Shown: positions 46,734-54,444 of the stretch, one piece after another
Layout: the number at the start of each line of letters is the position of its first letter
Position numbering within the stretch: position 1 is the stretch's first letter
Assembly: GCA_035532555.1 (NCBI GenBank)
Contig: DATKQS010000004.1
Coordinates: 2,425-66,424, forward strand
Length of the DNA: 64,000 nt
Source of the DNA: Thermoplasmata archaeon
GTDB taxonomy: Archaea; Thermoplasmatota; Thermoplasmata; Lutacidiplasmatales; UBA184
Reading direction: 5' to 3'
Translations under genes and position numbers: made by a program
The notes under the pieces: generated by a model
Databases searched by the model: none
Told to the model about the DNA's origin: nothing
The model's input: the letters and a program-made list of their open reading frames with translations, nothing else

Positions 46734-47459
46734 CTATACCGGGGGTTTGGGCCCCTCGGGCGGAAGCGGCGGAGCCGCGGGGGGACGCTCCGGATAGCCG
46801 AGGCGCTCCGGAGGCATCTCATGCTTGGCTCCCTTGCGCCCCCCGACCACGAATCCCAGAACGATGGTGATGATGACCAGCGTGACGATGGTTCCCGTGA
46901 TCACGTAGACCGGCCAGCCGGCACCGACGTTGGGGCTGGACACCGTGAGGTTGGAAGGCAGCGCCATTCCGAAGGCGATGAACCCGTACATCGCCTGCTG
47001 GAAGTGCCCGGGTTCCATGCAGACGAACTCGTACCATCCCTTCGCCGGAGCCTGGAACGTCGCGGGGTACGTTCCCGTCCCGCTCGCGTTGATCCATACG
47101 ATGGCGCCCCATTGCGTCGCGTAGGCGTTGAGCTGCGAGGGACTGTAGCTGGTCGGGATCACCTTGCCTTGAACGGCGATGAGCGTGTACGTGTGCGCGA
47201 TCACGTCCGCGTTGACAAAGGAGATCGAGACCGTGGTGTTGGGCTGCAGCTGGGTGGTGCTCTCCTGGAACGCGTAGCCGGGGACCGCGGTGACCGTATA
47301 GGTCTGCGCGCTCGCCGGGGGATTCGCCGGTCCCGGGACCTCGGCCTTGGCGCCCGGGGCGCTCCATACGACCCCCCCTCCGATAGCGAGTCCGAGCAGG
47401 ATCGCCACGAGGGCGACGGCGGGGACTACGGTTCGCAAGCGAAATTTCGATGTGCGCAT
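46734..47459 (-). CDS. Membrane-anchored type-1 blue copper protein (sulfocyanin-like cupredoxin)
   Basis: 241 aa with an N-terminal signal/anchor. The Cu ligands are AHTYT ... CMEPGHFQQAM (C-x4-H-x4-M). A C-terminal TM helix is followed by a Pro-rich tail PPAAPPLPPEGPKPPV. Confidence 0.8.
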   Translation of the reverse strand: MRTSKFRLRTVVPAVALVAILLGLAIGGGVVWSAPGAKAEVPGPANPPASAQTYTVTAVPGYAFQESTTQLQPNTTVSISFVNADVIAHTYTLIAVQGKVIPTSYSPSQLNAYATQWGAIVWINASGTGTYPATFQAPAKGWYEFVCMEPGHFQQAMYGFIAFGMALPSNLTVSSPNVGAGWPVYVITGTIVTLVIITIVLGFVVGGRKGAKHEMPPERLGYPERPPAAPPLPPEGPKPPV

Positions 47460-47584
47460 CCAACCCCCGCGATTCTCCGGGTGGCAGGCTCACGGATGGC
47501 CCGGTTAAAACCCCCTGCGTACGTACCTCCCGCGTCGGCGCGCGATGCTACGGACCCTGCGGTTCGTACGTGAGGATTATGTAG

Positions 47585-47821
47585 GTGCGCTCCCGGTTGC
47601 GCATCGTGGTCGGCTCTTGGTTCGCCGGTGGGCTCGCGCATTTCGTGGGGTCCATAGCCGTGAACCCGTGGTTCGGGGAGACGAACCTCCAGATGACCAA
47701 CGACCTCCTCTGGGTGATGACCGGATTGGCCGTCGGTGGTGCCGTCGTCACGTTCGCGTTCCTCGTCTATGCGATCGTCCGCTTCCGCGACCCGAAGATG
47801 AAGAGATACCGTCATGGTTAA
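47585..47821 (+). CDS. Short ORF encoding the equivalent of transmembrane helix 1 of oxidase subunit II
   Basis: ...MTNDLLWVMTGLAVGGAVVTFAFLVYAIVRFRDPKMKRYRHG stop. This matches the canonical subunit II segment that normally continues HG-N-x-KLEI-WT. It overlaps the next ORF by 8 nt in the +1 frame. The start is uncertain (GTG 47585 or the internal ATG at MTNDLL). Confidence 0.5.
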   Translation: MRSRLRIVVGSWFAGGLAHFVGSIAVNPWFGETNLQMTNDLLWVMTGLAVGGAVVTFAFLVYAIVRFRDPKMKRYRHG

Positions 47822-48278
47822 GATCAACAAGCTCGAGATCGCTTGGACACTCGGGGTCGTGGTCATCCTCGCGGGCGTCGCATTCTACTCGACCTTCCTA
47901 CTGTACAATCTCGACGCGCTCGCTCCGAACCCCGGAGAGTACGTCAACGTCATCGGCCACCAATGGTACTGGGAGTTCTGCTACAGCAACGACACGTGCT
48001 TCAACTCGACCTACGACGCGAGCACGAACACCGTATCCGGCGGCGCTTTATGGGCCACGCCCGGATCCGTCGTGCAGATCAACGTCACCGGCGCCGATGT
48101 GATCCATTCGTTCAACATCCCCGGCATCGGCGTTCGCATCGACGCGATCCCCGGTCGGACGAACACGATCCAGTTCTCCGTTCCCAACGTCCCCGCGGGA
48201 AGCGAGTATCTCATTCAGTGCACCGAATTCTGCGGCACGTTCCACGGGACGATGCGTTCGTTCCTCGTGGTCACGTAG
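47814..48278 (+). CDS. coxB: Heme-copper oxidase subunit II (CuA cupredoxin domain with one TM helix)
   Basis: 154 aa with NKLEIAWTLGVVVILAGV, HQWYWEF, DVIHSFNIP and CuA ligands CTEFCGTFHGTM. Confidence 0.9.
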   Translation: MVKINKLEIAWTLGVVVILAGVAFYSTFLLYNLDALAPNPGEYVNVIGHQWYWEFCYSNDTCFNSTYDASTNTVSGGALWATPGSVVQINVTGADVIHSFNIPGIGVRIDAIPGRTNTIQFSVPNVPAGSEYLIQCTEFCGTFHGTMRSFLVVT

Positions 48279-48317
48279 CGCGACGTCTGGCGCCCTCCCC
48301 ATCGAGGCCCGTCCGGC

Positions 48318-48355
48318 ATCGCCGAGACTCATCCGGGGCCGGATGAGACGGCGAT
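48318..48355. terminator. Strong imperfect hairpin between convergent coxB and the tandem-cupredoxin gene
   Basis: CTCATCCGG (48328..48336) pairs with CCGGATGAG (48339..48347). A second 7-bp helix forms between ATCGCCG (48318..48324) and CGGCGAT (48349..48355). There is no adjacent oligo-T, so a terminator role is only a guess. Confidence 0.3.
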
Positions 48356-48397
48356 CGAGGAGGGGGCCTCTCGATCCGGGGGCCCATTCCCGAAGTG

Positions 48398-49441
48398 TTA
48401 GTGGGGTCCTTCGGGAGCCTTCGGCGGGGGTGGCACCCGCCCGGTCAGCGACGCCACGATCACGACCGCGATCCCCACGCCCAGGAGCGCGGCGACTCCG
48501 ACCAGTATCCAGCCTTGGACGATGGCGGTGCTCAGGGGCGGAGGCAGGGGAGGGATGGGAACCCCGACGTACAGGAAGCCGTACATGCCGTTCGCAAAGT
48601 GCCCCGTGATGGTGCAGATGTACTGGTAGACCCCCGGGCCGTAGACGGTGAAGTTCGCCCACGCGGCGTTTCCCGCCCCGGAGGGGATCGGAGCGTTCGT
48701 GAGCGGGGAATGCTGCTGGAAGAACTGGGTGAAGTTGCTGGGGAGCAAGGTCACGTTGGAGAGGGGGCTCATGGTGAAGGTGTGCCCATCGTTCCCGAGG
48801 TTCGTCACGAGGACATCGACCGTGATGGGATAGGAGGAGGGCGTAAGGTCCAGGATGTTGGGAACGAAGGAGAGCGAATCGGTCGTGTTCTCGGAGAGTT
48901 GTAAGCCCGGTCCTCCCTGCACCAGGATCCTTCCGGACATCCCGGCCTGGAACTGGTACGGGATGAGCGAGTAGACCTCGTAAGCTCCGGGAGAGGTCGA
49001 CGCGTTGAGCGTGAGGTTGGCCCAGGCGTGCTGGCCCGCCGAGACGTTCACGTTGGCCAGGGCGCCCTCGGTCGCGTAGAAATGGTCGAGCTGGGATGGG
49101 GTCCAGTTCTGGGGGAGTACGTAGTTGGGGATGGGAGAGACCGTGAAGGTATGGGCCAGCGAACCGTTGTTGAACAGATCGACGCTCAGGTTCGAGCTCA
49201 CGTTCGCCGTGAACGATGCCGGCGAGTACGCCGGTGCGTCGGACATCACGACCTGCACCACTTCCGTTCGGTTGACCGCCGGGATTGCGTGACCCTCCCC
49301 GATCAGCGGACCGGCTCGAAGTCCGCTCTCCGCGAACGCCGACCCGGGAAGGCCAATGCCCGCGAGGAGAATGCCGGCGATGAACCAGGGCAGAGCGCGA
49401 CGGAGGGGACTCGGGCGACTCCTCGTCGTCTCGAACTTCAC
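48398..49441 (-). CDS. Membrane-anchored tandem-cupredoxin protein (first domain lacks Cu ligands, second is type-1 Cu)
   Basis: 347 aa with an N-terminal RR-containing signal (SPLRRALPWFIAGILLAGIG). Domain 2 has GHTFT ... CTITGHFANGM. Domain 1 has AHTFT ... SLIPYQFQAGM, where Cys is replaced by Ser and His by Tyr. There is a C-terminal TM helix plus PPPPKAPEGPH. Confidence 0.75.
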   Translation of the reverse strand: MKFETTRSRPSPLRRALPWFIAGILLAGIGLPGSAFAESGLRAGPLIGEGHAIPAVNRTEVVQVVMSDAPAYSPASFTANVSSNLSVDLFNNGSLAHTFTVSPIPNYVLPQNWTPSQLDHFYATEGALANVNVSAGQHAWANLTLNASTSPGAYEVYSLIPYQFQAGMSGRILVQGGPGLQLSENTTDSLSFVPNILDLTPSSYPITVDVLVTNLGNDGHTFTMSPLSNVTLLPSNFTQFFQQHSPLTNAPIPSGAGNAAWANFTVYGPGVYQYICTITGHFANGMYGFLYVGVPIPPLPPPLSTAIVQGWILVGVAALLGVGIAVVIVASLTGRVPPPPKAPEGPH

Positions 49442-49519
49442 AGGATCCTCGGCGGCGTTTGGACCTGGGATCGGTTGATATGGATATTGTACGAACGCTC
49501 GGGAGAGCGCCTTCGGGCT

Positions 49520-50383
49520 CTAGACCGGGGGTCCGTCCGAGCGCGAGGAAGAGGATTCTTCGGCGTCGGCGAGATCGAACCGACGGAGGAGTTGCGTCGT
49601 GACCTCGATGAGCGGGTGGTGCGCGGATCGATCGATCTCGATATCCGACAGCGACCTCAAGTGGTGCTCGCGCGCCGTCCGCTCGAGCCCCGTTTCGAGC
49701 GTGGCGAACCGTGCCGGATCCTCGGGGACCAGGATGTAGGCCTGGATCTGGGCGAGCCCCATCTCCCGCGCCGCGAGCGCACGGTGGTGGCCGTCCACGA
49801 GGATCCACGCCTCGCCCTTGCGTACGACTAGCAGGGGCTCGGCGAACCCGCGCTCGAGCTCGTAGCGGCGGCCCTCGAGCTCGTCCTCGTAGACCTTCGC
49901 CTGCGTGGGGATCAGGTGGTTGAGCGGCACCAACCCCCGCTGGTAGGAAAATGCGATCCCGTAGCGCTCGGCGAGCAGCCGTTTCAGGGTGTCGGCCTTC
50001 GCCGGAGAGCTCCGCTCGAAGTGCGAGCGGACGATGTCGAGGTTGGCGAGGACGCCGACGAGAATACCGGCCTCGTCGATGATCGGAAGATCGCGTAGGC
50101 CGAACCTGAACATGATGCGGGCGGCATCGTCGAGCGCGGTATCGGGCCGTGCCGTGTACGTCCCCGGCCGAAGGATCTTTGCGAGGGGCGTCCGACGCTC
50201 CCCCGCGTTGCGGAGGAGCTCTTTCGCGCTGACGAAGCCCACGAGCTTTCCGTCGACGTCCGTCACGGGGAGGCCGTGGTGACGGGTCTTGAGCAGCTTT
50301 TCGATCGCCTCCGCGATCGTGCTCGTGTCGGAGAGCTGCTCCACGCGCAGGACCATGTAGTCCCGGACGAGGACCGGGCTCAT
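49520..50383 (-). CDS. CBS-pair plus ParB/sulfiredoxin-fold domain protein
   Basis: 287 aa from ATG 50383. It has two CBS motifs (GLPVTDVDGKLVGFVS, DLPIIDEAGILVGVLA), then LIPTQAKVYEDELE...LLVVRKGEAWILVDGHHRALAA (ParB-box-like). ATGA overlap with gmhA. Confidence 0.78.
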   Translation of the reverse strand: MSPVLVRDYMVLRVEQLSDTSTIAEAIEKLLKTRHHGLPVTDVDGKLVGFVSAKELLRNAGERRTPLAKILRPGTYTARPDTALDDAARIMFRFGLRDLPIIDEAGILVGVLANLDIVRSHFERSSPAKADTLKRLLAERYGIAFSYQRGLVPLNHLIPTQAKVYEDELEGRRYELERGFAEPLLVVRKGEAWILVDGHHRALAAREMGLAQIQAYILVPEDPARFATLETGLERTAREHHLRSLSDIEIDRSAHHPLIEVTTQLLRRFDLADAEESSSSRSDGPPV

Positions 50384-50973
50384 GCGGAAGCGCTCGGCGC
50401 CTCGTCCCGAAGATAGGCGGTGAGGAGGTGGCAGACGAGGAGGTGCACGTCCTCGATGTGCTGCATCGAGTTCGAAGGGACGACGAGCGGGATGTCGACC
50501 GCGCCCCGCAGCTTCCCGCCGCCCATGCCCGTCAGTCCCACGGTGCGCAGACCCATCGTGCGGGCCGTCTCGACCGCCTTGAGCACGTTCGGGGAGTTCC
50601 CGCTTCCCGAGATCCCCACCGCAACGTCCCCGGCCTGCGCAAGGGTGCGCAGCTGCTCGCTGAACACGACCGCGTACTCCGAATCGTTCGCCCAGGCGGT
50701 GACGGTCTCGACGTTGTCGACGAGTGCCACGCAGCGGAACCGCTTGCCGTCCCCCCGGATCGTGGCCTTGCCGATGTCGACCACGAAATGCGATGCGGTC
50801 GACGCGCTTCCGCCGTTCCCGAAGAAGAAGATCGTACATCCGTCCTGACGAGCCTTCAACAGGACCGGGACGATCCGTTCCATCGCCTCAAGCAGGTAGC
50901 CATCCTGCAGGGCCGCCTTCGTATCCGCGACGTACCGGGTGACGTATGCGGGGAGGCCGGGGGCTTCGCTCAT
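50380..50973 (-). CDS. gmhA: SIS-domain phosphoheptose isomerase (GmhA/DiaA type)
   Basis: 197 aa from ATG 50973 with IFFFGNGGSASTASHFVVD, GISGSGNSPNV and LTGMGGGKL. ATGA overlap with the kinase gene. Confidence 0.82.
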   Translation of the reverse strand: MSEAPGLPAYVTRYVADTKAALQDGYLLEAMERIVPVLLKARQDGCTIFFFGNGGSASTASHFVVDIGKATIRGDGKRFRCVALVDNVETVTAWANDSEYAVVFSEQLRTLAQAGDVAVGISGSGNSPNVLKAVETARTMGLRTVGLTGMGGGKLRGAVDIPLVVPSNSMQHIEDVHLLVCHLLTAYLRDEAPSASA

Positions 50974-51947
50974 CGGCTCACGAACAGTATCCGCGACCCC
51001 TCCGGAGCGATGCGCACCGGTAGCCGCATCATGGGGGAGAGGGCCTCCGATATTTGACGGGTCCGCTCCGGCGGGTGCACGAGCAGTAGGAAACCGCCGC
51101 CGCCGGCACCGGCGATCTTGCCTCCGTAGGCGCCGGCGACCTTCGCCGCCGCGTACCGCTGGTCGATCTCCGCGTCGGAGACCGCCTCGGAGAGACCTCG
51201 CTTGAGCTGCCAACCTTCGTCCACGAGCGCTCCCAGCCGGGCCCAATCGCGGCGCATCAACGTATCCCGCGTCTCACCGGCGAGCTCGCGCATCCGCTCG
51301 AGCGATTCGCGGTTCTCGTGCGCGTGGTCGCTCAGGTCCGTCAGAATCCCCTGCGCCTTTCGGGTGCGCCCCGTGTAGAAGAGGGAAAGGTGGTCGCTGA
51401 GCGACTCCCGATCCTGCGTGGTGAGCGGGATCGGAGCGCACCGCACGGTGTCGTCCGCCCGGAACTCGATGTAGTCCACCCCACCGAACGCCGCGACGTA
51501 CTGATCCTGCTTGCCGAGGGTACCATGGAGGACGTCGATCTCGATCTCGCAAGCCTGGGCCGCGAGGACGGCCGGATCCTTCAGGATCCCTTGGTAGGCA
51601 TAGAGCGCATGGAGGAGACCCACCGCAAGGCTCGAGGAGGACCCGAGCCCCGTGCCTTCGCCGGGGATGTCGGCGATCGTGTGGATCTCGAGCGCCTCCG
51701 TCACGCCGGTGAGCCGCATCGCCTCTCGGATGATGCCGTGCTGAAGCTGATCGAAGTGCGAGACGTTCTCGGTCTGGGAGTACGTCGCCCGGATCGATCG
51801 GTCGAAGTTTGGATTGACGAGGACGTGGACGTACCGGCCGATCGCGGCGCTGGTGACGGCACCCCCGCCGTGATGGCGATAGTACGATGGGAGATCCGTG
51901 CCTCCGCCGGCGAAGCTGATCCGCAGCGGGGTCCGCGTGATGATCAC
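50970..51947 (-). CDS. GHMP-family sugar kinase of the heptose-7-phosphate kinase (HddA)-like type
   Basis: 325 aa from in-frame GTG 51947 (VIITRTPLRISFAGGGTDLPSYY), with PGEGTGLGSSSSLAVGLL and AGAGGGGFLLL. GTGA overlap with the xpd stop. Confidence 0.78.
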   Translation of the reverse strand: MIITRTPLRISFAGGGTDLPSYYRHHGGGAVTSAAIGRYVHVLVNPNFDRSIRATYSQTENVSHFDQLQHGIIREAMRLTGVTEALEIHTIADIPGEGTGLGSSSSLAVGLLHALYAYQGILKDPAVLAAQACEIEIDVLHGTLGKQDQYVAAFGGVDYIEFRADDTVRCAPIPLTTQDRESLSDHLSLFYTGRTRKAQGILTDLSDHAHENRESLERMRELAGETRDTLMRRDWARLGALVDEGWQLKRGLSEAVSDAEIDQRYAAAKVAGAYGGKIAGAGGGGFLLLVHPPERTRQISEALSPMMRLPVRIAPEGSRILFVSR

Positions 51948-54004
51948 GAAGGCGGGAGCGAGGAATCTCCTCTTAGGGGTTGCGGCGCGGGGCTCCTGGG
52001 AGGGGACCCCGACCAACGGGCGCGCCGACCGTAAAATGCCCGCGCGCTCGCGGCCAGGTTCCCGATCGGTTCGAGCCCCGGGAAGATGTCCGCGAATGCC
52101 GGAGCGCGGTGGTCCAGGACGATCGCGATCCCGCGGTCGTGCTCGGACCGTATCATCCGACCGATCGCCTGCTGCATCGCGCGTCGGGCCGGAATCTCCA
52201 TGGTGTACTCCCAACCCCGTCCCGTGCGCGCGTCCAGGAACCGGCGGAGCGCCTCGCGGCGAGCGGTCGGTCGGGGGTAGGGGATCCCCACGATCACCAC
52301 GGCCTCGAGCTCCTGTCCGGGGAAATCGAGCCCCTCAGCAATCCGGCCTCCGGATACTCCCAGGATGACGCCTCGGCTCGCCCCCTGCTTGTGCGCGTCG
52401 ATCGACCGCCACAGATCTGCGGTAGAGACCCGTGGGGACTCGATCACGCTCGTAGACGGGATCGTCAGCTCGAGCCCCGCGTGGTACACCTTCTCCATGA
52501 GATCGAAGCTCGGGAAGAACACGGCCGTGTTCACCGGCAGGCTCTGCAGAACGGAGGATACCCGATCGGAGATCCGCGGGATCGCCCTCGGATCGGCCCG
52601 GATCTCTTCGAAGCGCGTGCTGACCGTCGGATCGTACAGATACTTGATGTGGGAGGGCGGAAAGTGCGATGGTACGCTCAGCCATCGGGTCCGTTCGCCG
52701 AGGCCGAGCGCGTCCCGATACTCATCGGTGGGCGCCAGCGTCCCCGAGAGGTGCACGGAGGTGTGGCATTCGAGGATCGGTTGAGCGGGGAGGCTCGCGT
52801 CGAGCGCGTAGGCCTCGAGCGCCGCCCGGGGCGACTTCGTGGCGACCTTGACGTAGCCCGGCTCATCGAGCTGGGGCCAGGAGAGCAGGGTGAGCGCCAC
52901 CGTATGAACCCAGGACCGCGGAAGCTTGCGCTCGCGGCGGCGTTCCTCGCGCAGGTTCTCCCCCCAGGTGGCGAGGGATCCGAGCCAGGTGTCGAGGCGA
53001 TGGCTCGTGCCGCCGAGCGCCGTCAGGAGGCCATCTTCGAGGACGTTCGGGGGAAGGATGGCGTCGTCCTCGTGCACGAGCGACTGCAGGAGCTCCTCCT
53101 CGGCCGCGCTGACGATGTCGAGCAGCCGGCTCGCGCTCGGCCCGTCCGGGAGCTGAAAATCCCCGCGCTCGGCGAGCTCGGCCCGGGCGTACCGGACGGA
53201 GGTGAGCGGGAGGGAGACGGTCGTCGTCTCCCGCAGGTACTCCGGGAGATTGTGCGCCTCGTCGACCACGAGATCGACCCGCTCGGGCCCGACTCCCATC
53301 CAAGCGTACAGCGAACGTCGGACGTGCGGGTGGAAGAAGAACGCGTACGGGGCCGTGACGATTCGCGAGGAAGGCATGAGCTTCTTCGACAGTTCGTACG
53401 GGCACAGGTTCTCGGTCCGGCAGTACTCCTCGAACTCACGCGGGGTCGGTTGCTTAGAGGCGAGCCGATCGGTCTCCACTTCCATGTCCGCCTGTAGGAC
53501 CCGGGCGTAGTACACGCACCCATCCAGGTCAACGAGGTCGACAGGGCCCCCCTCGGGGAGCTCGGGCGGGGGAAGGACCTGGTTGCCTTCGCGGAACCCA
53601 CGCTCGGTCGCTCGCTTGCGGTCCCCGCAGAGCTTCCCGTGCTCCTCGGCGGTCGCGCCCTTCATCTCGGCGACGTTCTCGAGCAGGAGGCAGCGACGCC
53701 CGCGCCCTTGCAGCCCGATGGAGAGCAGGGGCCGCTCCAGCCGATGGGAGATGGCTCGGGCCTCCTGGAGGACCTGCACTTCTTGGGCGTGGGTGCGTAC
53801 GAGGTAGAGGATCTTGTGATCGGCCTTCTCCGCATGTTCGAGGAGCGGCGCGAGGGTCGCGACGGTCTTGCCCGAGCCGGTCGGCGCGTGGACGAGGAGC
53901 GGGCCTCCGCTCTCGGAGATCCGAGCGATCTCGCGGAGGATCTCCTCCTGGCCGGCGCGGAGGCGATAGGGGAACAAGGCGCTCGGCATCCCATCGCTGG
54001 ACAT
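51944..54004 (-). CDS. xpd: XPD/Rad3-family 5'-3' DNA helicase with an Fe-S domain
   Basis: 686 aa with Walker A HAPTGSGKT and DEAH box VVDEAHNL. Four Cys lie between them (RRCLLL, KLCGD, DGCVYY, NLCPYE). The C-terminal motifs are GRIAEGLDF and QAIGRMIR. Confidence 0.87.
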   Translation of the reverse strand: MSSDGMPSALFPYRLRAGQEEILREIARISESGGPLLVHAPTGSGKTVATLAPLLEHAEKADHKILYLVRTHAQEVQVLQEARAISHRLERPLLSIGLQGRGRRCLLLENVAEMKGATAEEHGKLCGDRKRATERGFREGNQVLPPPELPEGGPVDLVDLDGCVYYARVLQADMEVETDRLASKQPTPREFEEYCRTENLCPYELSKKLMPSSRIVTAPYAFFFHPHVRRSLYAWMGVGPERVDLVVDEAHNLPEYLRETTTVSLPLTSVRYARAELAERGDFQLPDGPSASRLLDIVSAAEEELLQSLVHEDDAILPPNVLEDGLLTALGGTSHRLDTWLGSLATWGENLREERRRERKLPRSWVHTVALTLLSWPQLDEPGYVKVATKSPRAALEAYALDASLPAQPILECHTSVHLSGTLAPTDEYRDALGLGERTRWLSVPSHFPPSHIKYLYDPTVSTRFEEIRADPRAIPRISDRVSSVLQSLPVNTAVFFPSFDLMEKVYHAGLELTIPSTSVIESPRVSTADLWRSIDAHKQGASRGVILGVSGGRIAEGLDFPGQELEAVVIVGIPYPRPTARREALRRFLDARTGRGWEYTMEIPARRAMQQAIGRMIRSEHDRGIAIVLDHRAPAFADIFPGLEPIGNLAASARAFYGRRARWSGSPPRSPAPQPLRGDSSLPPS

Positions 54005-54090
54005 CGCCGGAATCGAGGGTACCCCCTCCGTTCGAGCCGGGCAGCAGGCTTTGAACCTAGCCCTTCAGTGGAACGAAGCGCGGAGCCGGA

Positions 54091-54417
54091 TCAGCCGAAG
54101 CGGTAGCGCATCCCGTACGGTCCCCGGGGCATCGTCCAGGTCACCGACCCCTGATCGCAGGCGATGTCGCACGCTCCGCACTCGATGCAATCCTCGTACC
54201 GGAAGACGAGCTTCCCTTCGATGCGCTCGTAGCACTGTGCGGGGCAGGCAACGGTGCAGAAGGAGTGCGGGCACGGTGCGCAGATCTCCGGCTTGACGGT
54301 GATGTGGGCGTGGTCCTTGGAATCGGTCGCGTAGCGAAGCGTGGCGAGCCGCCGCTTGATCTCGATCGGGGCCGGTCCCCGGGTCGGACCGCCCGGGGTC
54401 GCTTCGGTTTCGCTCAC
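54091..54417 (-). CDS. fixX: FixX-type ferredoxin-like protein
   Basis: 108 aa with HITVKPEICAPCPHSFCTVACPAQCY and CIECGACDIACDQGSVTW. Confidence 0.78.
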   Translation of the reverse strand: MSETEATPGGPTRGPAPIEIKRRLATLRYATDSKDHAHITVKPEICAPCPHSFCTVACPAQCYERIEGKLVFRYEDCIECGACDIACDQGSVTWTMPRGPYGMRYRFG

Positions 54418-54444
54418 GGATCCGTTCGCCTCGGAGTGAGATCC

